NCBI RefSeq assembly: GCF_036588685.1
Contig: NC_086383.1
Span: forward strand, 45,136,001-45,200,000
Direction of reading: 5' to 3'
Length of the DNA: 64,000 nt
Source: Mytilus trossulus
Taxonomy: Eukaryota
Shown here: positions 43,876 to 57,500 of the stretch, one piece after another
How positions within the stretch are numbered: position 1 is the stretch's first letter
How the letters are laid out: each line of letters begins with the position of its first letter
The notes under the pieces: model-generated
The model's input: the letters and a program-made list of their open reading frames with translations, nothing else
The model's database searches: none
Told to the model about the DNA's origin: nothing
Position numbers and translations under genes: made by a program

Positions 43876-45036
43876 TTAAAATGATAATTCCTTTTCCCTC
43901 CTTGTACACAAATATAATCTTAAACGAGAGTAAAATTTCTTACATTCCGTTCTGAATCTATTGTCAAGGAAGCAATACACAACTGGATTTGATGCATTGT
44001 TCAAGAAATACCCACGCAGTAATACTCCCATAAATTGTCCAAGTACACGATCCATAGCTCTGTAAGCCGTTGGATTAAGCACTTTTATCAAAATAATAAA
44101 ATTATATGGTAAATAACCCAAATAAGACACTGCTGTTGCAACTAGAAACATGAGCGTTATACGTTTAGATCGATCTAACACAAACTTTTTGGGTTTTTGG
44201 TTGTTTTGCTTTGTTATTTTTCGGTCTATTGTAGAGATCTTGACACGCATATCCGTGTTCACACTCGATTCGTCGTCATTAACACACGCTCCATTCTCAT
44301 GACTAGATGATCGTGATAGTCCGTTTGATGATTTTTGTTTAAAAATCTGAGCCGATTTTCTGAACACCATTTGCTTGTACATAACTCTTCCAACATGGAC
44401 ATAAGCGATTACACAAATTATGAAAATAGTGGTACTTATTAACAAGAAGAGACCACTATATGCCCAAAAGTACGAACTTCCCTTAAATGTGGCAAGAACT
44501 GTACAATCGCTACCGACAAGTATTGAGCCGGTTTTCTTATCAGCTGGTCCATAGAACACAAAACTTGGTGCTGACAAAACCAAAGCAACAACTATTGTTA
44601 TTACACAGGCTTTCATTGCACACTTTTCGTCCATTTGTTGTTTAAATGGCGTACATACTTTACGGTGCCGTTCAAGGGCAATAACTCCAAGCAAAAGTCC
44701 AGATCCCATACTTACAAAATGGTTTAAAAATCGGAATATTTTACATGGCGCAACTGCTTGGAACGTATAACTATATCGGAGGTCGAAAATTTCAAATGGT
44801 ATCCCGAGGCAGCAGGCGAGTAAATCCACAACTGATAACCAGAGGACGAATGTTCTGTGGTTAGAAACTTTATACCGAAAATAATATACAATTAGAGCGT
44901 GTCCATTCCCAATCGTTCCAACCACTGATAGTAAGACGAGATACGAAACAACTAAAATGTCCTCTTTTAAAAACTGTTTGTATTCAAGTTCTTCTAGGGT
45001 CCATGTCTGATTGTCGGTTTTATTTGTTATATCCAT
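43876..45036 (-). CDS. Orphan class A (rhodopsin-like) GPCR, peptide-receptor-like, 386 aa
   Basis: Seven hydrophobic helices with GN in TM1, LSVVD in TM2, ERH (DRY variant), GYLPY and NPVVY. N-glycosylation sequons NKT and NQT. The ATG at 45036 follows a tttcag acceptor. Confidence 0.93.
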   Translation of the reverse strand: MDITNKTDNQTWTLEELEYKQFLKEDILVVSYLVLLSVVGTIGNGHALIVYYFRYKVSNHRTFVLWLSVVDLLACCLGIPFEIFDLRYSYTFQAVAPCKIFRFLNHFVSMGSGLLLGVIALERHRKVCTPFKQQMDEKCAMKACVITIVVALVLSAPSFVFYGPADKKTGSILVGSDCTVLATFKGSSYFWAYSGLFLLISTTIFIICVIAYVHVGRVMYKQMVFRKSAQIFKQKSSNGLSRSSSHENGACVNDDESSVNTDMRVKISTIDRKITKQNNQKPKKFVLDRSKRITLMFLVATAVSYLGYLPYNFIILIKVLNPTAYRAMDRVLGQFMGVLLRGYFLNNASNPVVYCFLDNRFRTECKKFYSRLRLYLCTRREKELSF

Positions 45037-45308
45037 ATTGAAATCTGAAATGAAAAAAATAAAATATGTTAAAACCAATCTAACTATTAATTCAGTAAAC
45101 GGCCATTCATATTCTCAAAATGGCCAAGTTATAACAACTTTTAGTACGAAGAGCTTTTGTGATTGACAAAGATCGAATTTCATGTTTGCACAGTATGAGA
45201 ATGCACTGCACATTTGACCATCAGTCAACCCTTTTTATGTAATACAAAAAATATCATTTTATGATCAAAACGAAGATCACATCGCTATAAGTCGTACAAG
45301 TATATAAT

Positions 45309-45446
45309 CACGTATGATAGACTACTAGTTTTTTTTCCATGTATGGTAGACTACTATTTTTTTCCACGTATGATATACTACTTGTTTTTCTATGTATGAT
45401 AGACTACTAGTTTTTCCACGAATGATAGACTACTAGTTTTTTTTCC
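45309..45446. repeat. Short minisatellite (~27 bp x5, gtatgatagactactagtttttcca)
   Basis: Seen by direct inspection. Confidence 0.75.
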
Positions 45447-48399
45447 ATATACTTCGAAGTATATGATTTTTCGACTGTTTACCTACATTATAATAGAAAA
45501 TTCTGGTACTCGGTCAATTTTTCGTTGGAAGAAAACATAAACCGGCGTAAATCCCCCCAACCCAATTGCACCGCACCACTTTAAAGCGTGTTTTACTTCT
45601 GATCATAAATACAGAGTACCAGAACGACACAATGTAGATAACCAAGCGAACAAAAAACATACTAGTATTTTTGCAACATACGTTTATATACAACAAACAA
45701 AAGCTTTGAATAGATGTAGAGAAATACACCCCGGCGCACTTATCTTTATCTAAAGAATAAACTTTTAACGGTATTTTTAGATGCATGCTGTACCTGTATG
45801 CTCTTTTGTCTTTGAAAGGTAAATTGCAGTAAACTCGTTGTAAGACTGTGAAAGCAATGTGACAAATAGAAATGATAAATTGCACTTTAGCCTCATTTGA
45901 AATTCGTTCTGTACTAACTCAAGCGTTATTTAGTCAAAGTTATTGTTTGTCACTTGAGTGGTATATCTATTTGATACATTAAAAGTGCATTATGCACTTA
46001 TTTGAACAAATTTAGAAACAGGAAGAAAAGCGTACAAGAGGCAGGTTCCGGTCTCAGAATAAGTTGATGTGCATGTTAAAGCCAGACACATGGAGACATC
46101 ATTTCGTTAAAGGTTGTAGTTTTTTTAATGCACAAATAATTCCTAATTTGTTATTTAATGTATAAAAAGAAGGTGTGTTATGATTGCCAACTCTCCACAA
46201 GAAACCAAATGACACAGAAACTAACAACCAAATTATCGTTATTAAACTTAAAATGTCCTCAAATATAAATGTACGGATCTTACATAATAGTTGCTATTCG
46301 AATTGGCAATGTACAGCCACCGGACACAGCAGTTTCATAGAGATACTCATGTTCTTCCTGTTATATTTGTTGTTTATACGATTTGAAGAGATGTACCAGT
46401 TTAATCATTTAAAGAGTTATACCAGTTAAAAAAAATAAAAAGTTATATCAGTTTCATATTTTATAGAATTATACTAGTAAAGTAATATAAAAGCTAAATT
46501 GTTTAAGGATACCCGTTCGTTTAAGTTTTACCTTTTTCAGTGAGAAAAGCGAGACTCGTTAGACGCTTTCTTTGGTTTCGTTGAACGTACACATACATTT
46601 TATATTTTCCGAAATAATAAATAAAGTGTGTATATTCTGCTTTTACATACGATTTGTGTTCATAACTTTCATTCTAAAGCAATGTCTATGATTTCTGGAT
46701 AACTCGACATATTTATTTTTAAAATCGGACCACAAAGAGGACACCCAATTGCATAAAACAAAACCCGTGTTGTACCCCAGAACAACGTAGTTTGTAATTT
46801 CCGATCTATAAGATAAATGAAGGATGTCCCTCTATTGCGAACCTAATGAACGTTATAGGAGACTGGATGTCATCGTCCAAGATGCCACTTATCATAATTA
46901 GAATAAATGTAAATCTTAACGCGGGCTTAAGAATGATGACTACACTGGGCGCCATATTTGCATTTTAAAAATGAATTGTAAGCTGAATTTTCAGAAGAGC
47001 AAATAAAAGATAACATAAATGGTAAAAACTTCAAAAACGACAAACAGCAGATAGACGCATGGAACATGGACAGAGAACGAAATTTTTATCGATTTTTTTA
47101 TACTAATTACTCCCCCCCTTTATTGTCCTTTTTTTCAATTTTTGGATTTGTTAATAAAACTTTATTGCGATTGCCTGTACTGGTAGATATCTCCGTTATT
47201 TGGGGTACACGAGAACTGAGAAAAACTCCCTATCAGCATTACTGGCGCTATGTCACTATAACGTATGTAAATGTTTGTAAAACACAAATATAATTAAGAA
47301 GGATAAGTTCATCCGTTTGTTTCAATCTCTGTATTTGTTGTTACATGCACTGACAGACTACTACTAATTAGATCATAAAACTTTAGGTTGAATGTCATTT
47401 TAATTTGGAAAAATTTAACCATTGAAAACGAAAGCCAGTTCCTTCACGTGAAATAAGATTTGCTTCTTTTTTCATTCGTACTTGTCAGATATTACCCCCC
47501 CCCCCCCCCCCCCCCCATCAGAACCCTTGATCCTAACCTTCTTGTCAGTCCATTGTTATAATATCAAAATATTAGTTCCTCAAAACCATAAGACAGTTTT
47601 GTTTCTGCAACAAATGTCACTTTGTTAACAAGAGCTAAACTAGGCCAGTCTTCAGATGTTATGAGTTATTAAACGAAACATAATGGAAGCCTTTTATGAT
47701 GAGAAATGCTTTATTCTGTTTTTGAACTTGCTTATCGTATTAAATTATTAAGCGCAACATTTGTATGTAAAATTTATATCATATGAATGTACGTATGTAA
47801 TACTACAGAACTACTTTTACCGGAAAGACCTATTTAAAGGAGAAATATTTGAATTTGTCATAAACAAGTCACTCCGGAAGACGGTTTCCGAGTGCAAATC
47901 AAGTTTTAGCCATCCATCTTTAATAATTGCTTGTATGATAAATCTCCCTATGTAAACGTATATCTATACCGTTCTTAAATAAATAAAAAGTAAGACAAGG
48001 TTGCTTGATACAGGACTGTTAAAATTCAAATACACAATTCAATGATTGTCAAGGGAGACCACCTACAAGCCTTAGTATTATTATTAACATTGTTCAAAAA
48101 GAACATGTTGCAAAGGTGCGTAAATTTCAACTTGTAAATAAATAATCATTTCACCAATCTCTTTTGAATGTTCATCTACTAACTTATTATTATTTTTAAA
48201 GTGTGATATCAATTTGGAAGTTTCTAAAGCCAACTTGTCAATACGAAAAAGACCTGTCAAAGACACACAAAGACAGCTTCACATTCAACTTGTGGAAAAA
48301 TTGAACACAATGGAAAATTAAATTTTGACGATGTATTTACCTTGTGAAGCTACAGATAAAAAACTAACAGTGGACCATAGACTGAATGGAAGCTACATA

Positions 48400-50110
48400 G
48401 TCTACCTTTTTGAAAACCTTGCTCATTCCCTTTTCAAACCTCTGAACATAGACCGGGACATTCTAGTGGAAGCTACATATAGTCTACCATATGACTTGAC
48501 ACATAAGTCATTGCTTTTTCAAAACATCTGAACATAGGCTGGGACATTCTAGAGGAAGTAAATATAGTCTACCATATGACTTGACACATTATACATTGCT
48601 TTTTCCAAACATCTGAACATAGGCCGAGACATTCTAGTGAAAGCTATACACAGTCTACCATATGATTTGACACATTAGAAATGGCTTTTTTCAAACATCT
48701 GAACATAGACCGGGACATTCTAGAAAAAGTTACATATAGTCTACCATATGACTTGACACAATAGACATTGCTTTCTCCAAACATCTGAACATAGGCCGGG
48801 ACATTCTATTAGAAACTACACACAGTCTACCATATGACTTGACACATTAGACATTGCTTTTTCCAAACATCTGAACATAGGCCGGGACATTTTAGTGGAA
48901 GCTACACAGTCTACCATATATGACTTGACACATTAGACATTCCTTTTCCAATCATCTGAACATAGACCGGGACATTTTAGAGGAAGTTACATATAGTCTG
49001 CCATATGACTTGACACAATAGATATTGCTTTTTCAAAACATCTGAGCATAGGGCGGGACATTCTATTAGAAACTACACATAGTCTACCATATGACGTGAC
49101 ATATTAGACATTGCTTTTTTCTAAACATCTGAACATAGACCGGGACATTCTAGAGAAAGTTACACATAGTCTATCATATGACTTGACATATTAGACATTG
49201 CTTTTTCCAAACATCTGAACATAGGCCGGGACATTCTAGAGGAAGTTACATATAGTCTACCATATGACTTGACACATTAGACATTGCTTTTTCCAAACAT
49301 CTGAACATAGGCCGAGACATTCTAGTGAAAGCTATACACAGTCTACCATATGATTTGACACATTAGAAATGGCTTTTTTCAAACATCTGAACATAGACCG
49401 GGACATTCTAGAAAAAGTTACATATAGTCTACCATATGACTTGACACAATAGACATTGCTTTCTCCAAACATCTGAACATAGGCCGGGACATTCTATTAG
49501 AAACTACACACAGTCTACCATATGACTTGACACATTAGACATTGCTTTTTCCAAACATCTGAACATAGGCCGGGACATTTTAGTGGAAGCTACACAGTCT
49601 ACCATATATGACTTGACACATTAGACATTCCTTTTCCAATCATCTGAACATAGACCGGGACATTTTAGAGGAAGTTACATATAGTCTGCCATATGACTTG
49701 ACACAATAGATATTGCTTTTTCAAAACATCTGAGCATAGGGCGGGACATTCTATTAGAAACTACACATAGTCTACCATATGACGTGACATATTAGACATT
49801 GCTTTTTTCTAAACATCTGAACATAGACCGGGACATTCTAGAGAAAGTTACACATAGTCTATCATATGACTTGACATATTAGACATTGCTTTTTCCAAAC
49901 ATCTGAACATAGGCCGGGACATTCTAGAGGAAGTTACATATAGTCTACCATATGACTTGACACATTAGACATTGCTTTTTCCAAACATCTGAACATAGGC
50001 CGGGACATTCTAGAGGAAGCTACATAGCCTACCATATGAAAACTTAAGACACTGCGTTATCCAAACCTCTGAATTTTGCCGGGACAATCTAGTGATACCC
50101 TACCATATGA
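48400..50110. repeat. 86-bp tandem array with a 688-bp (8-mer) higher-order duplication
   Basis: acatctgaac at 49211 and 49297 (86-bp period). Diagnostic variants recur at +688 (48623/49311 and 49051/49739). Confidence 0.95.
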
Positions 50111-53100
50111 GAATATTATGTTGCATTTTCTAAACCTCTCATTTTGTCGACCTAAACAGAGGCAGAGGATACAAATATTGCAATGACAAAAACATAAGAC
50201 CAAGACAACAGGGCGGCAATACCGTGATCAAATACAAAAAGAGACGAAAGTCCAGGAAAGTCAACACAATATTGGATTGAAACTGCAAAATGGATCAGCA
50301 TGAAACCCGCAGAAATACGTAGCTGATGTAACCAAAATATTTTGTAATTAGTATCCCAACAACCTTACTTCTTACTGGTCCTTTAAAACAATATTCAATG
50401 TAGAAGTATTTACATCACAATCTGTTTGATACTATTGAAATTCTTTTAATTTAAAAAAAAAAATCTTAATTTAGTTTTTCTTCCTTGATAAATACTGCAA
50501 CGATATGCCAGTAAAGACTCAGTGACACAACTCTATCTATATCGCCAAGTTTTAAATTGAATAAGGAACTTCCTTTACGACGATTTAAATAGATCTTCTA
50601 AGTTCTTATCATCAAAAGCGCGTCGCAGTTTTACGAAAAATTTTTTTTTATAAATAATCAGAAAAAAAATATATGATTTTGACATTTTCTCTATATCTAC
50701 TTTAAAGGGTACATGGTTGTACCGGAAGCTAGTTTCAAGTTTCATCACTGAAGATTCATTTTAAGTATACTTAATATAAGTTGGAGGATATATATTAATG
50801 TAAGATTTCCTGTAGAAGTGTAATCTCCGAAAAACATCCACCCTTCTTTAAACTTTGTACTGTATTCTAAATTTTAGATTTTACAATGTTAAACTATGCG
50901 CGCGTAAAGTTATATATTAATCCAAAGATTGAAATATACTCTAAATTTGGGGGAAGTTATAACCTTGTGAATCGTTTAATTGTGATGTGTCGTTCAGCTG
51001 TAATAGCTGTTGCCGGTACCGATAAGTGATTTGTGTCGAAGCTTTGGAATTGAAAGTGAACGGATTGAAAAGGGGGAGGGTAGGAATTCCATCTGAAAAA
51101 GAATAAAATGAAAAGCTAAATCTGTATTTTGAAGATTTAACCTTACTATAAGCATTCAAATCAGTCGATGGTTTGCTGTTGTTTATTTTCTGTATAATTT
51201 GCCACAGTTCTATTATTTTACTTATATGACAATAAAATTAAGAATTATGGACACCTCTCAGTTTTGATAGGATTGGTGTTGCTCTGTCTTCAGATTTATG
51301 TTTTGTTATGTGATGACTATTTTTGTCATTATCAGCCCTTTTAGCCTATATCGTGTTATATTCGCGGGTGATATCAAAGATACTAAAAGTTTGATAATTA
51401 TACAAGTCAGAATAATCCTGGCGCCCCAAAGTCGTAAAAAGATCGTTCGCAGAAACGATTTGGTTTACGGTATACATGTATGTCAAGGAATATTGATTGT
51501 CTGTTTGATTGAAATTTCACGTTCCATGACTTTAATTTTTGTTTGATTTTGTAAAAAAACATATACAACTTAGTCATTTTTTCTTTTTTTGAACACGGTA
51601 AGACAAATCTTTGAATATATGTACAATAAAAGCGTACTTCGACTGCTTTAATTAGCATCTAAACTATCAAATATGTGTTCGTTATAAACCGCTAGAAGTT
51701 TTGCGGTATATACGACAGTGTTTATGGAATGATAACATTTTCTGATGAAAAAGAAAGCATAATGTGTCTAAATTTATTAAAATAATCCAAACCTACATAA
51801 AAGCATACTACTCCAGAACTATTATCCAAAATAAGACGGTTTGGTTTAATTATCAATGAAAAACTCTCCATCAGAGACCAACTGACGTAGAAATTAACAA
51901 CTATAGATCACCCTACGTCCTGCCACAATAAGCACAAACCACATACTGCATACAAAGCTATAACATGAAACAAAATGACAAATGTCAAACAATGCATACA
52001 AGAAACTTAACTAATTGCCTGATTTATGTATATAAACGAAAAACAAATATGATATACAGTAATAAACGACATCCACTGAATAACTGGCTTCTTACTTGGG
52101 ACTTGCACATACAGAAAGTGGTTACGTTGCTTGATGGTGCCTAACCCTCACCCTAACCTAGATTAATCCTGATCCAAAGTTTCTGCTGGATTAAATTGTT
52201 ATTTGGATGGAGAGTTGTGTCATTGACACTCACACCACATCTTCCTATAACTATTACATGTTTGTGTTGATTAGTCAATTTCTCTTTTGGCTGTTACATT
52301 TTATGGAGTGGTATTTGTTTTTGTCATTTCGTAATGTTTTCTTTGGTATTCGATGCAATTTGTTATTTGACTTGAGATATATAAAATTGTCACCAAAGGC
52401 TTTTTATTTCTATTAAGCATATACACCTATATATCAATAAGAAAATCCGTTTCAAAATAACATATTAGTCACGGAGTGTGTGCACTTTACTTTTAAAAGT
52501 AGATGTGTAATTCTAGCGCTAATGCCCATGGAGAAAAAGATGCAGAAAAATATTTCTGATAAATTAAGAACAAAGTAAAATGACATCATCCGAAACGAAT
52601 ATTAGATTAAAAAGTAAAATTACAAAAATACTGAACTCCAAGGAAAATTCAAAAAAGAAAGTCCCCAATCAAATGGCAAAATCAAAAGTTCAAACACATC
52701 AAACGAATGGATAACAACTTTCATATTCCTGACTTGGTACAGTCATTTTCTTGTGTAGAAAATGGTGGATTGAACCTGGTTTTAAAGCTAGCTAAACCTC
52801 TCACTTGCATGATAGTCGCATCAAATTCCATTATATTGTATTAACTTAGATTTATAGATATAATTTCGTTCTTGTAAAGATTTTAAAGATAAAAATGGTG
52901 ATTATCCTTAAAAACAACGTAAATTTCTGTTTCAATTTGGTCTCTTGTGGAGAGTTGTCTCATTGGCAGTCATACCACATCTTCTTTTTTCTATTTCTAA
53001 ACACACGACGTCGTCATCTTATTTTTGAAAATAAATGACATGCTGTAATGCACTTACTATTTAAATTGTTGACCAATTAAATCTTATTAAGTATATAGTA

Positions 53101-53856
53101 CTATAATACTGCTTTAATTTATAAAATTGTCACCAAAGGGATTTTATTATTATTAAGCATTTACACCGTCCTATATACATGTATATCAATATTAAAATCC
53201 GTTTCGAAATAACACAGTAGTGTACACATATGAACGTTTGTGGCAAAGGATAACCACAAATACAACAAAGACTAAATTGTTCAATAGAAACCAACGCACA
53301 CATGAAATATAATAAGATTCCTGTCCTCAGTTCTTATGACTGTTAAAGAAGGATAATATATCTTATACCTCGGCGATCCAATCGTTAACGGAAGATAATG
53401 TAATAAACTACCTTAAATATTGGTACGTGAATGTAAACATATTTACAATATGTTAATATCAGGTTAATATAAACAAAATATATAAATAACATATTACTTA
53501 CATTTTCTTTACCTTGTTTGTCAATTTGCCGAAAGCATGTCAAGAACGTTGTCAATTTCACATAATAACCAGCAAGTCAAAATATGAATTCATATAAAAA
53601 CCAAAGATCAGCCAGGAGAAGCAGGAACACTGTACAAATCCCAAAAAATCAAAAAAAACAATCAAAGAAAAACTGTATCAGTCTGTACTCATGCTGATGA
53701 AATTTACGTTGTGAGAAAATGACGCCTTTTTCATAAGTCACGTGACACTTGAAAAATGACATTTATATAAATCATAATAAGTTCCTTCGATGTATAGCCA
53801 CTATATACACGTTAACTGCTTTTTGATAACAACATATTTACATATTTATTCATTAA

Positions 53857-54180
53857 TGCATGGTACGCCTATATTGGGCCAAGCAATAATATAAACATTT
53901 TAGGAATATTTTATTTATTTTGTGCATGGTACGCCTATATTGGGCCAAGCAATAATATAAACATTTTAGGAATATTTTATTTATTTTGTGCATGGTACGC
54001 CTATATTGGTCAAGCAATAAAATACACATTTTAGGAATATTTTATTTATTTTGTGCATGGTACATGTACGCCGATATTGGTCAAGCAATACTATACACAT
54101 TTCAGGAATAATGTATTTAGTTAATGCATGGTAAGCCTATATTGGTAAAGCAATAATATAAACAATTTAGGAATATTCTA
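53857..54180. repeat. ~66-bp tandem repeat, ~5 copies
   Basis: tgcatggtacgcctatattgg at 53857, 53923 and 53989. Confidence 0.9.
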
Positions 54181-55091
54181 TATTGGTACTAGTCGATACT
54201 TCGGTACAAATGAAGGTTCTTCAATGATACTGTTCAGTCTTTTCTTTACTTGTTGTTTAATCATTATATATGCCATCAAACCATTAAATTTCATAATCAG
54301 CGATAATATCAGAATAAGCGCAAATTGCATACAACACTCTTAGGCGAACGTTCGAACACTTTGTGACCGTTATTTACTTTGTTTAACTTTGTTCATTTTA
54401 TTATTTTGTGCTCTGTCATAAGGTACGATAAGTTTACAAAAAAATGTGACGAATTAGTCCATGTAACTGCTTCCAATCAGTTTGGAGTCATGTTTTTTAT
54501 CCATTTGATCAATATTCTTGCACAATTAAAGGTATGAGCACAGTTTTTGATTGCCATTTCGGATTTAAAGTATTTTGTCGTGATCACCGTCTTCAGACAC
54601 ACAAGGTTCATCAAATCGACACTTCGTTAACATGTATTTGTCTGGTTCAAACAGAAATCCATCTAATAACCACAAGACGAGACTTTTTCTCAAATGAATA
54701 AGAAAAACCCCGTGTAAATGTCATTTTTTTTGGTCAGTTGTATTTATGTCGTCTGTGGACAAAAGTTTGATTGATAACTTAATTAATTTTACAAGGAAAC
54801 AATAAGATAAAATATTAAAACTGGGCGTTAAATTTAGTGAATGATGTCTGTTTCTCAAAGAATTTGATTCATATTTTTAGTATAAGGAAATGAATTTTAG
54901 TAACCTTTACCTGTATCTATAACAAATTATGCAACATATTTGACAATGGAAAAAGTTGTTTTGTCAATTGTGTTAACTGTCGATTTTGTAACCAAAAAAA
55001 AAGCATGACACTTGTAAACAGCCTCAGCTCTTCAATTTAATGTCCCAATCACCATTGACAATTTCAATGAAGACCTTCTAGCCGTAGATGT

Positions 55092-55249
55092 ACAGTGGCG
55101 GATCCAGAACTTTTTGTAAAATTGTAAAAAGGGGGGGGGGGGGCGCGAGTGACCTAAGAGGTTCTGCCTCCAGTCACACACCAGTGATTCCCTCTAATTT
55201 TACCGTCGAGGGGGGGGGGGGGGGGCAGCCTACCCTATATCCGCCTGTG
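55092..55249. mobile_element. MITE with CAGTGGCGGATCC-type ends and G-runs
   Basis: cagtggcggatccag...tatatccgcctgtg. Confidence 0.6.
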
Positions 55250-55759
55250 AATCGAAGAACATTGTTACTTTGATTGTTACTTTCGATTGTATACCGTTCA
55301 TTGATATTGATAGTAAATTTTTCAAGCATGAAATATCTTCTTTCTTCTCCTCCTACCTTAACTTCTTCTCTTCGTCCACCTTATCCTCATTAACACCAGG
55401 AGAATCTAATTTAGGTTAATAAGTTCAAATACAAATAGAAATCACAATTCGTCACCCTAACAAGACCTGACTAATTACATATTTTAAACTTGAAAATATT
55501 AAGGTCAATATTAGGTCATCTTTTATATTATCCCAAATGGAGACAAGTACGGAAAATAGCAATCCTCCATCAAGACCTCATATCCGGCCAGCTTCTTGTC
55601 AGATACATTTACGTCTTTATCCCCTTTCATCATCAAGTGCGTAATCATTGTGATAATTTACAGACACTGTTTCATCTACAATAAACACTTTTTTTATTAA
55701 GTTTATCAAAGGTCAATTAGACTTAACAGTGTTCTAGTTTTTGAAAGCAAATTGGGCTC

Positions 55760-56957
55760 CGTTTTTGTTTACAGGGACACTGCCATTTTCCATCCCTTTA
55801 CGTTATTGGCTACTTTTGTGTTTTTTGTTTAAAGCGGACCCTGTCAGTTTCCACTCCTTCACGTTATTGGCTACTTTTGTGTTTTTGTTTATAGCGGACC
55901 CTGCCAGTTTCAACCCCTTAACGATATTCGTAACTTTTGTCACGTGTGTTTGTTTACAAGGACCCTGCCATTTTCTATCCCTATACGTTATTGGCTACTT
56001 TTGTTTTTTTTGTTTACAGGGACACTGCCAGTTTCCATCCCTTTACGTTATTGGCTACTTTTGTGTTTTTTGTTTATAGCGGACCCTGCTAGTTTCCACT
56101 CTTAAACGATATTGGTAACTTTTGTGTTTTTGTTTACAAGGACCCTGCCAGTTTATATCCCTTTACGTTATTGGCTACTTTTGTGTTTTGTTTATAGCGG
56201 ACCCTGTCAGTTTCCTCCCCTTAACGATATTGGTTACTTTTGTGTTTTTTTTTTTACTAAGACCCTGTAAGTTTCCACCCCTTAACGATATTGGTTACCT
56301 CTGTGTTTTTCCTTACAAGGACCCTGCCAGTTTCCCTCCCTATACGATATTGGCTATTTTTGTTTTTTTTGTTTACAGTGACCCTGTCAGTTTCAATGCC
56401 TATACGTTATTGGCTAGGTTTTTTTTGGTTTTTGTTTACAGGGACACTGCCAGTTTCCACCCAACAATCATATTGATTACTTCTGTATTTTTGTTTACAT
56501 GGACCCTTCCAGTTTCAACCCCTTAACGATATTGGTTACCTCTGTACTTTTTTTTACTAAAACCCTGCCAGTTTCCACCCCTTATAATTAACGATATTGG
56601 TTACTTCTGTATTATTTTTCACTAAGACCCTGCAAGTTTCCACCCCTTAACGATATTGGTTACTTCTGTATTTATTTTACTAAGACCCTGCCAGTTTCCA
56701 TCCCTTAACGATATTGGTTACTTCTGTATTTTTTTCACTAAGACCCTGCCAGTTTCCACCCCTTAACGATATTGATTACTTCTGTATTTTTTTTTCACTA
56801 AGACCCTGCCAGTTTTCACCCCTTAACGATATTGGTTACTTCTGTATTATTTTTACTAAAACCCTGCCAGATTCCACCCCTTAACGATATTGGTTACTTC
56901 TGTATTTTTCTCTCACTAAAACCGTGCCAGTTTCCACCCCTTAACGATATTGGTTAG
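55760..56957. repeat. 58-60-bp tandem array
   Basis: ttaacgatattggttac-type motif at 56647, 56705, 56763, 56823, 56881 and 56941. Confidence 0.92.
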
Positions 56958-57259
56958 TAAATGACCCGAATCCGACCAGACGTGGCTGTGTATCTATTAT
57001 TTCCGCACATCAAAATGGAAACTCTCAGTGAGTAGAAGTTACACTACCAGAGACGATCGAGCAATAGGAATTCCACCTTTCTATACATGTGTCAACCTTT
57101 TCATACATTTGATAAATCTGCATACATATACACGTCCATATTGTTATCATAGCTTTAATAGTATAGGAAATGGACATATATAGAATGAATTCATTCAAAT
57201 TATTAAAATATTTTTCAAATTTTATTTTGAGTATTTCCCTTCAATTAATTTATACTATG

Positions 57260-57500
57260 CATAGGCGGATCCAGGGGGGTATGGGCTGGGGGACCGCCCC
57301 CCCCCCCCCCCCATTTCGTGGGAAAAATTTGGTTGATTATATAGGAAATCACTGAAGCATGACTGGAGTGGGTCCACCCTTAGGTCGGTCATCGTCTCCC
57401 CTATCAAAAAGAGGAAAGGGATGAATATAAGTTGCAAAACTTGTTTCCCAATACACTATAAATAAATATGTTTAAACTAAAAGGTCTAGATCCGCCACTG
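57260..57500. mobile_element. MITE with CA(T/G)AGGCGGATC...GATCCGCCACTG ends
   Basis: Terminal inverted repeats with internal C/G runs. Confidence 0.65.

Noticed and set aside
50743-50760. catcactgaaga resembling the start of a family-2 hammerhead
   Set aside because: No stem II, GAAA or cleavage triplet follows.
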